DNA of 63,677 bases, filler included, from Hausera hauseri (lineage: Eukaryota), in assembly GCA_046269625.1 (NCBI GenBank). It is 11 parts of 11 records of this genome, joined end to end, with 100 filler letters (N's around TTAATTAATTAA, not from the genome) between each part and the next. Parts side by side here need not be neighbours in the genome. Positions count along the whole stretch, not along the records: positions 49,573 to 54,474 come from JBJURY010397589.1; positions 54,575 to 59,267 come from JBJURY010473688.1; positions 59,368 to 63,677 come from JBJURY010642996.1; 8 more parts are not named here. One strand, written 5' to 3'. Under the pieces are notes generated by a model. It saw nothing but the letters and a program-made list of their open reading frames with translations, searched no databases and was not told the origin of the DNA. Within the stretch, counting starts at the first letter, position 1. Every line of letters begins with the position of its first letter. Of this stretch, positions 50,880 to 63,514 are shown piece by piece. A program made the translations under genes and the position numbers.

Positions 50880-53800
50880 ATACGCCCAAATCTTATTTCG
50901 CCCTATTCACTTTCGTTTATCACCGTTACATGATAAAGCGCTAGTTATTGTGTACAGCTGGTGCTCAATTGATCAGATGATCGTTTAAGACAACAGCCAC
51001 TGATTGTCCTACTTCTGCTGCTTCTTCATATATACGTCGATAATCACCGTGGTCGATTTCCGTCTGCCTCAGCTGGACTCCTTTTTCGCACATTTTCGGT
51101 CCACAGTCCGTCAGAAGACTGGCAATTTGGTCGTAGGAATATTCATTCCCGATACTGAACCTACCTTCACTTTCATCCTTGAAGCAGCCGATTTTGTTGG
51201 TGATCGTGCTGCTGTACAACGGATGATCCGGCGGATAATTGGACGTGTCTAGAAGTTCATCTGCCATCATTCACAGGAGCAGTTGGTTGCGATTGACGTT
51301 TTTCACCTCAAGGAAAAATCTGTCTGTTACCCGCAACGATACTGATTTCACAGCCGTCGAACATTTGTCGGTAACGTGCCAAGTCGCGATACTTGAGCTC
51401 GTATATTCGCATCTTGCTCAGGTCGAATACCACTTCTCCGATGTAACTTGGCCGGTCCAGAACGACTTTTCTGTTTAACAGCACCGCAACCAATCCATCG
51501 ACAATGTGCATTGACCACCGAAATTGTGCCTTGCTGGTATACGTAACCAACCGCTTTTCGTTGTTTCATAGGCGTACATCGAGCCTCATTTTCAGATTCT
51601 CCACTGTTTTTCCATACAGAAAATTGTTTTTCAGCTTGTAGTAGTCCTCGAACTTTGTACAATGTGCGGCTCGTTTCTCCCAATTTCCATGGATGTGCCT
51701 TTTGAATATGGGAGCCTGAGCAACTCGGATTGCACGATGCAGTTATGTGACGCGTACACTCAAATGCATGTAAAATCGCAACAGACGACAATGAACTATG
51801 TAATTTTGCAAGGGTTCATGCGTCATAAGCAGCTTCTTCACCTTCGAGCCCGGCGGACAATGGCTATTTGGTGCGACCAATAAATCGTCCAAAACGTCAT
51901 GCAGCTCATCTGGTACCACGAGATCGACCTCCATCAGGTATCCGCTGGAGCTGTTTTCTGCTCTTGTCGTGTCTGCTCTCGATAGATTTTCCAGTATTGT
52001 GTTCAGGTCCTGTTTGTCAACTACCCATTCGAATGAACCGTACGGCAAGGGTTGTGAAAGCGCCCAGCCATACAGGTTTTCAATGTCGATATACAACAGT
52101 GATGTGGTATCATCACTGATTACGTGATGCTTGTTGACAAATGTCATGCCGCCACGAATACCGACATCAAACATTCGGTACATTTCCGGTCTTGAAATAG
52201 CTCGATATCACGATCCAGTGGCATCAGAGCTGATGCCCAACTCATTTCGGGTAGTTAGTAAAAGTTGAGTGGCCCCAGCCTATCCTTTGCCAACGCTTTA
52301 GTGCTAAACGCCTGGAATATATCGGCTAATAAGTACACGTCCAGTTTAAGATACTGGAGCATGTACTCCAACATATTTCTGCAGCCCACTTCTGTCCAAG
52401 ATTTTTGTGCTCTCCGATATTCGTCTTCTGTGATGTCTGTCCATCGCGGCGGTAATTACTCTGCTGTTCGGAATCACTCATATGATGTTGAAAAGTCATG
52501 GAAATATGCCTTTGCTGTCTGCAATGTGTGGAACTGCGTTGGGGTTATCGGTACATTTGCCAAGGCATTTACCAGCTTCGCTAGTGATTCATTGAGAAAT
52601 TGCAATGAATCAAGGAAGCGTACCTGGAAGCGGTTTATGCGTACTAACAGTGGCAGGTACTTCTCCATTGTTGGAATTATGGACAGTTCCCAGTGCGGAA
52701 ATCCGTTGATGGCCCACTTCAGTATATGGTGCCAATCATAACCTCGGAAATTATGAAAGATCACCGGTAGAAATAGCCGCACACACCTTGTTAAATTTCA
52801 TGCGTTGCATGCTACTGCCAGGTATCGACCGGTGAAATGATCATGGTCCGGTACGAGCCGTTCCTGTGTGTCAAAAGCAATATTTTGTGGCACAGGTAAC
52901 ATTTATCGGTGGCAGCGAAAAGCAGCGGTTCATATTCGCCTGTCCATATCAAGGGCTTAGTGCTATTGTTACTGTACCGTGGTGCGATTTCTGTTTCCAC
53001 TATCGTTTCCAACTGTTGCAGGTAATAGCGTATACAGTTACAGCAATGAAAAACGTAACATTGCAGTTGTCCGGCGGCTTTTATTGGAACAAACAATATA
53101 CCGACGGCTATTGGAATGTGCTTTTGGTCGTGTACGTTGTGTCGCTGTAGGATTGCCTCGATATCGGTATATATCATATATGCCGGACTGTTTGTTTTCG
53201 ACCAGTTACTGAATCTCAGCTCTTTTTTGACTGACATGACGTACATTGTTGCCCCTGATGAACTTTGTCTGCACAGCGCCACGTTTTCCCCATGTCGCTT
53301 TTGACGTGAAACCATGCAGACATGTAAGGTACCATTTACAATTGATACGCCTTTTGATGAGTTGGTGGTGATCCATGTTTAGTAGTCTGTCCAAGTTGGT
53401 TACTGCAACGTAGTGAAATTTATCTGCTTGCTTCAACAGCAACAAATTTAGCGAGCGTCCATTCGGGTTCCGACTGCGACAAATTATATCCACGTGTGGG
53501 TTTTTGTATAACTCTTAGTCTGCTGGTATTTCTACGATTGTGTTGTACCGGAAAACGTTGATTGCCAGAATAGGATTACGCCGTTAAAACGTCGGGATGG
53601 ATTTCAGATTCATCGGCATCCAGTTTTCATTGAATTCCAATTCGGAAAAATACTGCCGGTACTGATTTGGACGATTTTCATGATTTCTAACCACTTCGTC
53701 GTATTTTAATATAGGCAGAATATTGTAAATAAAACAATATTCGCCGCCGGTGTTTTGTACATTCACTACCGCCAGAGACTGCTTTAGAGATGCAGGTGTC

Positions 53801-54260
53801 GGTATGAATGACCGTTCAGATAAATATACCACGTCACTCGACTTTGTTATGATAAAGCCGATAGTGGCAATTCATATAATTCGCAATCCGCTACCCTTTT
53901 CGGTATAATTGAAGATTTTCTCATCCAACTTTTCGCCTACATCGGCAATAAAATCTTCCGAATATGGTACGACTCGATGTGATAGGTACCATTGTTTCCT
54001 GTCACCTTCAACGTTTTCAAATTCTGTAAGTGCATAATATTGCACTTTGCAGTGGTGTTGGTGGAATTTTCTCACTTCTGATTCCAACCGGCTGCGCACA
54101 CTGAACGGAACATGCTTCAGCTGTAGTGTTGTCCCTGACATGTTTACTTTCACATCCACGTACGATTTGTTTAGATCGTACTTGATAGTTATTGAAGGTT
54201 CCTCCTGCTACTGCTGCTGCTGCTGTTCGGTACTGTTTCGGATGTATTCGTCAAGACTTG
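50880..54260 (-). pseudogene. Near full-length Polinton pPolB with endonuclease VII-like insertion
   Basis: KGSG, VVNVQN..CF, LLLL..HY..VTNLDRL, YTDIEA (ExoI), DHDHFTGRY..ACNA, FHNFRGYD (ExoII), FLDSLQF, YLKLDVYLLADIF, IRGGMTF, YIDIENLYGWALSQPLP, KLKNNFLYGKT, DTSNYP, IGCFKDE. Confidence 0.95.
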
Positions 54261-55039
54261 TTGAGGCCTGACGCTTCAGAAAAAAGAAATCTTACTCCCT
54301 TATAAACAATTATTCTAAACGCTATAACAACAACAATTACAAATCACATGGAGCAGTATATTGAAAGCGAGATATAGAAATTGACCGATGACATTTTGAC
54401 TGGACATGTGCTTGATATTCAGTTTTTGTGAGCTCGCAAAAACCAGAATAATTAGCCGACGGGAATATATTGAANNNNNNNNNNNNNNNNNNNNNNNNNN
54501 NNNNNNNNNNNNNNNNNNTTAATTAATTAANNNNNNNNNNNNNNNNNNNNNNNNNNNNNNNNNNNNNNNNNNNNTTATGGCTTCAGCCACTCCATTTGTA
54601 AGTGCTACTGTGTCTTCTAGTATGTGTGACTTGGATAATATATAAACTGTGTTTGAATTATGATTAGTGATTTTGTCGGTGAGAGAGATTCATTGTCTAG
54701 CAAGTGAGAGAATGTGTTGGTGTGTTAATTGCTTTGGTTGTTTATACACGTTCACTTCATGTCTAGCCACTGAGCATAAGAAACTGAACAAAGAAGAATA
54801 AGAATACATGTTCACAGATAAAGGTGTTCATGAATTCATCAATAAATAATAAGATGTTTAATAAAGGAAAGGAAATATGAATAAACAATAATAACTTCAT
54901 GAGGGACAAATGTAAAGTCTGGCAGGATTTGTATGTTTTGTCTGCTTGAAAGTTAAATTAGTCGTTATTAATGGACATTCAAAGCATTGCAGATAATAAA
55001 ACTGACAAGACAAGGCAAGACACAATAACTTAGCTGAGA

Positions 55040-55200
55040 ACTGTGACACAACTCTCTCCCCGGTCATAGTAGACTGGATACCAACATATTATGGTATACC
55101 AGGTGGTGAAGAGCCAGATAAACTGACCAAAGCTGGCAGTCAGTGTGAGCAGTCAATAAAGTGAAAACATTGGTAAAATCCAAATTCAGGGCAGGAGGGA
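55040..55200 (+). pseudogene. Non-LTR retrotransposon RNase H C-terminal remnant
   Basis: VIVDWIPTYYGIPGGEEPDKLTKAGS, a decayed WIPAHCGIPGNE.AD.LAK. Confidence 0.65.
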
Positions 55201-56899
55201 TGCGATCCATACAGCTACAGAGATGACGAGCACTCCCTTTAAAGAAAGGGGCAAAGAGCCCATCCTTAGACTCCGCCTGCACCTGTGTGTGATTAAGGAC
55301 ATCCGACTACAGTTGCTGTAACAGTGATCATCTCATTTCTAAAGTGTTGCTGGACTTCTCTGCATAGAGTGGGTAAAAATCTACAAGAGTTGGATACAAC
55401 AAAGAAGTCTGTCAGTTTGATATTTGACACTGACAACTTTTTATAATGATCGTGTTTTGTGATAGCTTTATTACTGTAAAAATACGGTTTGGCTGTAAGT
55501 GATAATAGCTGTGTGTAGCAAACAACCTGTGTGTGTTTATAAGGTGCCCGCTTACTAACTGAAGTGTACATGTTATTTGTGTCATGTTTCTTTGTCATCT
55601 GTGTTATTATCATCGTCAGTAGTTGTCTTCATAATTACAGTGCCATGTTAGTGATTGTTTCTGTTTAGTTAACATCAAAATATGTGTTACTTGTCAATGT
55701 CGTTTATAAGCATAATATTTATATATTTATTTGTTTCTAGTGTTTTTCTTTTGCGGGACTGATTGCATATTGTTTCAACTAGAAATTGTACACCTTGACA
55801 TGTATTCCTTTATGCTTGAAAATCATGTTTAATACTCTTGCCCAGTTTTCCTCATTCTTGTGTGTATTTTTGCTTTAGTTTCAACATTGACGATGGTTGG
55901 AACAGTTATTACTTCATTTAGCAGCTCGTGTGCCATAAGGTTATAAAATGATGGGCCTAGTTAATGAATCTTATTTGGTTTTCTTGTTTCTTTTTGTACC
56001 ATAAGTTTATCAAAGAATAACCTAATATACTTTCTTAACATTAGGTGTCTTTGTCTCTCATGTACATGAGACCAAGTAAAATGCAGGCTTTCGTTAGATA
56101 GCTGAGCTTCCTTTGTTCATATAATGTCACCATTTCAACAGGAGATATTGAGTACACTATACATTTATATATGTTTCACTAAACCAGATTCGTTACTTGA
56201 ATGTGTATCTCGTGCAATGTCTTAGAAATTGACCATTCTTTTTTTAAAACTTCCACTCTGACTCATGTCATCGTATATCAGCTCGTGATACCAGGTTTGT
56301 TTTAGCAACATTTTATCACACTTGTTTCTATTTATAGAAAAAAAAGTGGAAGCTTGTTTTTTTTTTAATTTTTTTTTTTAAAACTGTAAAATTCAGCTGC
56401 AGCTTCTAGATGTCCACAAGCTTTCATCTTGGCATTGATGTCCATGTTGTCTCCTGTGTGTCATGATTGGATGCTTCACAGTCATTTTTCTATTTGCTTT
56501 TTTTTTTTTTTTTGAATCAGTAAAGCCAATAACAAGTTTACAATTGTTCGTTGTTTATGTTATGAACAATGAGTGTTTGACATGTTCCTGCTATTGGTTG
56601 TTTATTTGACATGACAGATGTTTGTATGCTTGTGTTGTTTGTTAGAAAATTGTTTTTGATAACTCTATGCATTATGCCACTCTTGGTTGTACTTGATTGT
56701 ACATCTGGCATTGAGACTTGGTGTATGGTAGTTTACAAAGTAGTTTCATTATGCCAGGAGGTCTTGCATATCTATCTTCTTCAACGATTTTGAACCAAAC
56801 TCATGCAGTAAGACAAACCAAATGTTATTTAGATACTGACTCTTCCTTTCTAGAATGGAACTTCTGCTTTGTCCATTTTCTTATGCTGTGTCTAAATAA

Positions 56900-57150
56900 G
56901 GAGTTGGGTTGCGTCTGTGTATCTGGTTGTTAGCAGAAGATCATCATGGCAGCCCCGCATCTTTTCTTCCATGCTTTTTGGTCCTGTCACATCCAAGTCC
57001 TTATGTCTTTGAGGAGGGAACAAGTCTATAGAATGTTTGGCACATGCATTGTGCAGTTGGAGCGGCTTTTATTCTGGGGAGTCAGCTTTCAGCCCACAGT
57101 GTCCTGTGCAGAGCCTGGAGATTTTGTTCTCACATTTAAAGTTGGTCAAG
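56900..57150 (-). pseudogene. 3' end remnant of an RNase H-bearing LINE (I/Ingi-like)
   Basis: ISRLCTGHCGLKA..EEKMRG..DDLL.T resembles the RLRTGH C-terminal motif. Confidence 0.55.
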
Positions 57151-60073
57151 TTAATTGTAATAATGTATCTTTCACGTTGTGTCCACAGAGACGGAAGCCC
57201 ATAGATGTTGAATCGTCAAATCTGACTTGTTAATCTGCATCAAAAGTGGACAGATCAAAACAGCTATGAAGCTGCTCGATTGCGAATCATTTAAGAAAAT
57301 GACTTAAAAGCTTGCTGAGGATTCTAACTGTAGCAAATAGTAAATGGAGATAAGTCAATCATTTTGTACATGTCATTACTGGAGTTAATTGTGCGTTGAC
57401 ATTGCTTTGGTTTATATACATTTTTCTATAGCATGTTACTTTTTTTTTGTTGAAATGGAGTTTTAAGCTTATATTCTGTTAGATCCACCAGAGAGTGCGT
57501 TCTACTTGATCGCTAAACAGCAACGTGACCATGCATGTATATACAAGATTTCTCCAATGGAATATTTAATAGTGACTGTGGGGACCCACAGACCCAACTG
57601 CCAAGACACAGAGCAGACATAAGAGAGACCAAAGCACAAGACCCCAAGAGCGACCCCTGGCACGGAGCCCCCAGCAGCACCAGGGCAGGAAGGCCCGCCA
57701 ACCCACCCCCCAAAGCAGGACACATGAGAGAAAAAGGAGAGTCCCCCCAGCGACCCCACGCAGTAACCCCCCGTGGCCAGCAGTGACAAGCTCATAGGCC
57801 CCCGCCAGAACCCCCAGTGCCGTAGTAGATCCAGGGATGGAAACAGAGGCCCAGGCCCCAAAGCACACCACCCCCAGGCCAAGGCCCAACAGGGCCAGAA
57901 GATCCACGCCCCACCAGGCCGAACCAGCACATGCCCAAGCGCACGCTTGAAACCGTTTTAAATGTGCATCTATTGAATGTCTCGGTGAGCAAGAGGAGAT
58001 AGTTGTTTTTCTGTGTCGAGCTGAACGGAAAATAAATGTTTTGGATGAAAACTACTCTTTCCGTCATATAACCCTAACTCAGGAATTTAGATACATGGAT
58101 ATGTTTTAAATATGTATAGTTAATAAATAATTTTATAATAAATATAAAATCAGGCAGCACAGTTGGTAGAGCAAAGTGTTGCCTCTGGAAGAAGATTGCT
58201 TGAACAACTTTCTGGCTTGTGATTACAGGTTCTTGCTGGTTATGATCGTGTTTTCTGCAGCTGCTTTAGATTCTCTCACGGACTAAAATTATATTGACTA
58301 AAATTAATACAATATTAGTAATATGTCATAAAAAGTAAATAACTGAATAGTTACAGAAGAAGTAGTTGCAATTGGGCTCTTTTAGTCTTTATTTCAAGCT
58401 TTGGGTATTCATAATTGCTCATAAAGTAAACATCAACAAGCAAATAAAAGAGTCTTAAAATACATAGAAGAGGCATTTCTAATAAAATATTAGTTCACCT
58501 GGCACTGTTTCTATAACCTAACAGAGAGGCTCTTGCACAGGGTCTAGGAATCCCTAGGGGTCCCCAAGCTGTATTTTGGAATTCCTCAAAAATGTAATAA
58601 GTTGTTAATTTGGTTCTTCTTTTCAAAATAATGCACCAGTAAAAAATTATAAACCAAACAGAAAGTACTATTCCCTTAGAATTGAAAAATTGAAATGACA
58701 TTAAATTATTTTTTAAAACACATGGGTTTTATCAGGGGGTCCCTGGAAGATTTTTACCCTTGTTAGGGATCTCCAGACCCAAAATGTTTGAGAACCCCTC
58801 CACTTGACTTATAAAATACTCACACCAAGTGTTTGGTAAAACTCTGATGAACAACCGGTTAGAATACACCAGAATGCAAAGGAAATGGGTTCCTGGAAAT
58901 CCTGGAATGGAAATGTCAGCTACTTTATTCAAAATTGTCTGGGAGAGGACCCCCAGACACCCACCAGTGTGATTTTAAACTGTTTTCTACTATACATCTG
59001 CACTGTTCAGGTCATATTGACAACATTCATGTATTACACAAAAATGAAGCAATCAAAAGGAAAAAAAATAATTTCATAAATGTTTTTGTATTATTTTTGT
59101 CCTAAATATCTGAAGAATAATACTGTATTTCTGTATGTTTCTGTTTTGGTCACGCCGTAGGCCTACTGTGTCCTGGAAATGTATTTTGCACCCGTTTATC
59201 ACATTTTATCACGATACGACACATTTCAATGTATTTTGGGGGAATTTTGTCTTTTTTGAAAGACAAANNNNNNNNNNNNNNNNNNNNNNNNNNNNNNNNN
59301 NNNNNNNNNNNTTAATTAATTAANNNNNNNNNNNNNNNNNNNNNNNNNNNNNNNNNNNNNNNNNNNNATATTAATTAATTATCACATGAAATTGATATTT
59401 TGTAAAAAAAATATATACAGCAGGATGAGCATTAGAAGTTAAGTTGAACAATATCGTTTGTTAATCTGTGCGAATTTTGCTGAATTTCAGATTTTGCGCC
59501 ATATATCAGATTCTGCACGAAATAATTCTGCGCTAAATTCTGCATATGTCAGAATCGCAGATTTCCGGGAACCAAATTCTGCAACAGAAATACAATCCTG
59601 AGGCAGAATTAAATAACATAAACAAAATTTACATTTAACAGTTACACTTCCGAGAGCTTACTCGGCGATTCATAGCAAGCCCTATTCTACAACATTAGAG
59701 CTGCTGTCCCATAATCAGCCAATACCCCGCCCACCTCCACGTGAAGGCTCCCGGACAACCAATGAGAAACCGTATACGCCAAGGGCACGGGATCACTATG
59801 GTTCTCAGCAGCGTAGTGGATCACTTCTAGGAAGCCAAGCCCTATACAACTGTCTGGAGGCTCTGGGTCCACCTGGCCATTGGGAAAGGTGTAAACATTC
59901 TCCATTATTATTCTTCAGGAATAATACAGCCATCTTAGGATCGTCCATAAGAGCTCGTTGTTTGTCACATCAAAAATAGTAATATTGATAAGATTCACTC
60001 GTGGGTGATACATATATCTAGTTGAATCAGTAAAATATAAATGGAACAGAGCTTGCTCGCGACCAGTTTAGGT

Positions 60074-60249
60074 ATCATCATCATCTGTCCTTGGGCGTTG
60101 ACCGTTAAAGCAATCACCGCCCATCACGCCTTGTGGTGTCTTATAGGGCAGCAAAAAACTCTCTCCATTTGTCGCGATCTGCAGTCAGCCTTTGTATTGT
60201 ACCCAATGTGTGATGCATGTTGTCCATTTCTGTCTCTACTGTTCTTCGC
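60074..60249 (-). mobile_element. 5'-truncated RTE 3' end in opposite orientation to the intact element
   Basis: RRTVETEM..LGTIQRLTADRDKWREFFAAL followed by a (GAT)n tail. Confidence 0.75.
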
Positions 60250-63200
60250 GTGGTTTGGCAGCTTGCGTACCATGACGACCCCCAGAGCTATACCAGCGGG
60301 AGTTTTACTCCTGGCAGGTTCAACCAAGCTGGGCAGGTCTGCGCGGGTAGGGGTCAGACAAAAGTGAGCACCCTGGTCCTCCAGGTTGGGGGTTGGGCGT
60401 AGGGTTAGCAACCCAACACCGTAAAAGAAAATTCTGCTACAGAAACTGCAACTACATCGATTGAACTTGGACTTGGTCAAGAAGGTTCCTCTTTTGAAGA
60501 GTCCATGACGTGCTCTGGTGAAAGCCTTCGGGAAGCCAGCTCACCGACGAACCTTCTGAATATCAAGTCTCCAACCAGGATAGGGACCTGGAACATCAGA
60601 ACCCTTTATGATAGTGGTAGAGTCCAGGAAGTGGCCAAAGAAATGAGGCGGTACGAACTCAAGGTCCTAGGACTCAGTGAGACCCGATGGAATGGGAGCG
60701 GTCTCAATAGACTGACATCTGGAGAGACCATTATCTATTCTGGACATGAAGACCAAGACCATGACCACACACAAGGAGTAGCTCTTTTAATGTCACCAGA
60801 GGCAACCAGAGCAATGCTAGAATGGAAACCTGTTTCTCCACGGCTAATTTCAGCAAGGTTCTATGCTAAGGGGCGGAAAGTAACTATCATCCAGGGCTAT
60901 GCACCCACAAATGCTGCTACAGAAGAAGAGAAGGAAGATTTCTATTGCTCTCTCCAGACTCTGCTAGACCAATCACCTAAGAGGGACATCAAGTTTATTA
61001 TGGGCGACCTGAATGCAAAAGTGGGAGCAAATAATGAGGACAGAGAGCTTCATATGGGAAAACATGGCGTAGGCACATGCAATGAAAATGGAGAGCTTTT
61101 TGCCGACTTCTGTGCTTTTAACGACCTTATAATTGGTGGAACCATCTTCCCACACAAAACCATACACAAGACAACCTGGTCCTCCCCAGATGGCAAAACG
61201 GAAAATCAAATCGATCACATCACTATTTCTCGGAAGTGGAGAAGAAGCCTACTTGATGTCAGAGTGAGACGAGGGGCAGATGTAGCCTCTGATCACCAAC
61301 TGCTTGTTGCAACTGCAAAGATCAAACTCAAATCTTTCAAGGACCCTGCAGGTAGACCTCATTACAAATTCAACACACAATATTTGAAGAGTGATAGTAC
61401 AAAGGAAGTATTCAACTGTGAGGTTAGAAACAAATTTGAAGTACTTGCTGGACTGGCAACAGACGAACCCATGGAGCAATATTGCCTTACCCTCCAGGAG
61501 GTATGGAGAGATACATGCACAGAGGTCCTAGGGAGAAAAACGAGAGAACACAAGGAGTGGTTGTCTGCAGAGACATGGGCCAAAATTCAGGATCGAAAAG
61601 AACTGAAAGAGAAGCTCAACAAATGTCAGAATGAAGAGCAGAAAACAAACCTAAGAACTCAGTATAGAGAAGCAAATAAATCTGTGAGGAAGAGTGCAAG
61701 AGAGGACAAAAAACGTTTCATCCACGAAATGACAGATGATGCGGAGAAGGCAGCTGGTAAAGGAGACATGAAAAGGTTATACGAAATAACAAGAACCCTA
61801 TCAGGAAGAAATACCAACACTAACAAGCCAGTGAGAGATGAACAGGGTAACATCATTACCAGCGACTTTGGACAGAGAGCAAGATGGGCTCAACACTTTC
61901 AGGACATCTTGAACAGACAACCTCCAACACATATTCCAGACATACCCCCAGCAGTGGAACTGCTAAACGTAAATACTGGCCCTCCCACTAAAACGGAAAT
62001 CATCAAGGCCATCAAAAGTGCAAAAAGTGGAAAGGCGGCAGGTCCAGACGGCATACCACCAGAGGCGCTAAAGGCAAACCCCACAACTTCAGCCGAAATG
62101 CTACATCCTCTGTTATGCAAAATTTGGGAGCAGGAACAAGTCCCGTCAAACTGGAAACTGGGATACCTGATTAAGCTACCAAAGAAAGGCGACCTCACCC
62201 AATGCAACAACTGGCGAGGAATCATGCTACTGTCCACACTCAGTAAAGTCTTAACCAGAGTAATGCTCGAACGGCTGAAAGATGCCCTAGACAAAAGATT
62301 AAGGCCAGAACAGGCTGGTTTCCGACAAGACAAATCATGTACTGACCATATTGCTACACTTCGAATCATCATAGAGCAATCCATCGAATGGCAGTCCCCA
62401 CTGTACATGATTTTTGTGGATTTTGAGAAAGCCTTCGACAGCATTGACAGAGAAGTGATTTGGAAGCTGATGCACCACTACGGAATTCCACCAAAGTTCA
62501 TTAACATCATCAAACAGCTATATGAAGGCTCGTCGTGCCAAGTGATACACAACAATAAGCTTACTGACCCATTCCCAGTGAGAACAGGAGTAAGACAAGG
62601 ATGCATGCTTTCACCCCTAATATTTTTGTTGGTCATTGATTGGATCATGAGAAAGACAGTCTCCAACAACAAAAATGGCATTCAGTGGACCTTAACTCAA
62701 CACCTGGAAGACCTGGATTTTGCCGACGACATCTGTCTTCTTTCTCACACACAACTAAATGCTCAATCCAAATTAAACAGACTTTCAGAAGAAGCACAGA
62801 AAACAGGACTACTCATCAACCAAAAGAAAACAGAGGTAATGAGAATAAATAACAAACTAAATGACCCAATTGAGCTACAGGGGAAGAACATCCAGGACAC
62901 GGACCACTTTACCTACCTTGGAAGCATGGTTAGCAAAGACGGTGGAGCTGATGACGATATTCGAAGTCGTATAAATAAAGCCAGGTTTGCCTTCAACACC
63001 CTGCACGCTATCTGGCACTCCAAAGCACTGTCTCTACAGAACAAGATCCGGATTTTCAATACAAACGTTAAGGCAGTGCTCCTCTATGGTTCTGAAACTT
63101 GGAGAGTCACCATTTCTAACACCAAAAAGCTCCAGGCCTTTGTCAACAACTGTTTGAGGCGTATATTAGGTGTTAGATGGCCGGAAAAAATAACCACTTC

Positions 63201-63514
63201 CAATCTATGGGAGAGAACCAAGCAGAATCCCATAGCCCAAGATATACAAAAGCGAAAGTGGAGTTGGATAGGACACACCTTGAGGAAAGCTCCTGACAAT
63301 GTCACTAAACAGGCTCTTGACTGGAACCCACAAGGAAAAAGGAAAGTGGGCAGACCTAAGCAAACTTGGAAGAGGTCGGTCATTAGTGAAGCTGAGGGCG
63401 CCGGCATGTCATGGGAACAGATGAGGAGAATCGCTCAAAACCGAGTCAGGTGGAGAGGTGTGGTTGCGGCCCTTTGCTCCTCAAGGAGTCCCAGGGAATA
63501 AGTCAAGTAAGTCA
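60250..63514 (+). mobile_element. Full-length RTE-clade LINE
   Basis: About 250-nt 5' UTR, single APE-RT ORF, very short 3' tail TAAGTCAAGTAAGTCA overlapping the stop. Confidence 0.93.
60505..63501 (+). CDS. RTE endonuclease-reverse transcriptase, 998 aa, intact
   Basis: APE: GTWNIRTL, LGLSETRW, YAPTN, GDLNAKVG, NQIDH, SDH. RT: DFEKAFDS, GVRQGCMLSP, FADD. RTE C-terminus WIGHTLR..WNPQGKRKVGRP. Confidence 0.97.
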   Translation: MTCSGESLREASSPTNLLNIKSPTRIGTWNIRTLYDSGRVQEVAKEMRRYELKVLGLSETRWNGSGLNRLTSGETIIYSGHEDQDHDHTQGVALLMSPEATRAMLEWKPVSPRLISARFYAKGRKVTIIQGYAPTNAATEEEKEDFYCSLQTLLDQSPKRDIKFIMGDLNAKVGANNEDRELHMGKHGVGTCNENGELFADFCAFNDLIIGGTIFPHKTIHKTTWSSPDGKTENQIDHITISRKWRRSLLDVRVRRGADVASDHQLLVATAKIKLKSFKDPAGRPHYKFNTQYLKSDSTKEVFNCEVRNKFEVLAGLATDEPMEQYCLTLQEVWRDTCTEVLGRKTREHKEWLSAETWAKIQDRKELKEKLNKCQNEEQKTNLRTQYREANKSVRKSAREDKKRFIHEMTDDAEKAAGKGDMKRLYEITRTLSGRNTNTNKPVRDEQGNIITSDFGQRARWAQHFQDILNRQPPTHIPDIPPAVELLNVNTGPPTKTEIIKAIKSAKSGKAAGPDGIPPEALKANPTTSAEMLHPLLCKIWEQEQVPSNWKLGYLIKLPKKGDLTQCNNWRGIMLLSTLSKVLTRVMLERLKDALDKRLRPEQAGFRQDKSCTDHIATLRIIIEQSIEWQSPLYMIFVDFEKAFDSIDREVIWKLMHHYGIPPKFINIIKQLYEGSSCQVIHNNKLTDPFPVRTGVRQGCMLSPLIFLLVIDWIMRKTVSNNKNGIQWTLTQHLEDLDFADDICLLSHTQLNAQSKLNRLSEEAQKTGLLINQKKTEVMRINNKLNDPIELQGKNIQDTDHFTYLGSMVSKDGGADDDIRSRINKARFAFNTLHAIWHSKALSLQNKIRIFNTNVKAVLLYGSETWRVTISNTKKLQAFVNNCLRRILGVRWPEKITTSNLWERTKQNPIAQDIQKRKWSWIGHTLRKAPDNVTKQALDWNPQGKRKVGRPKQTWKRSVISEAEGAGMSWEQMRRIAQNRVRWRGVVAALCSSRSPRE

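Noticed and set aside
57502-58067. Overlapping GC-rich ORFs
   Set aside because: Strand-skewed GC-rich repeat fragment is open in many frames; no domain recognised
59687-59905. 72-aa ORF as a gene
   Set aside because: No recognisable motif or splice support
60973-63407. Antisense ORFs within the RTE
   Set aside because: Shadow frames of a long coding sequence with no motifs
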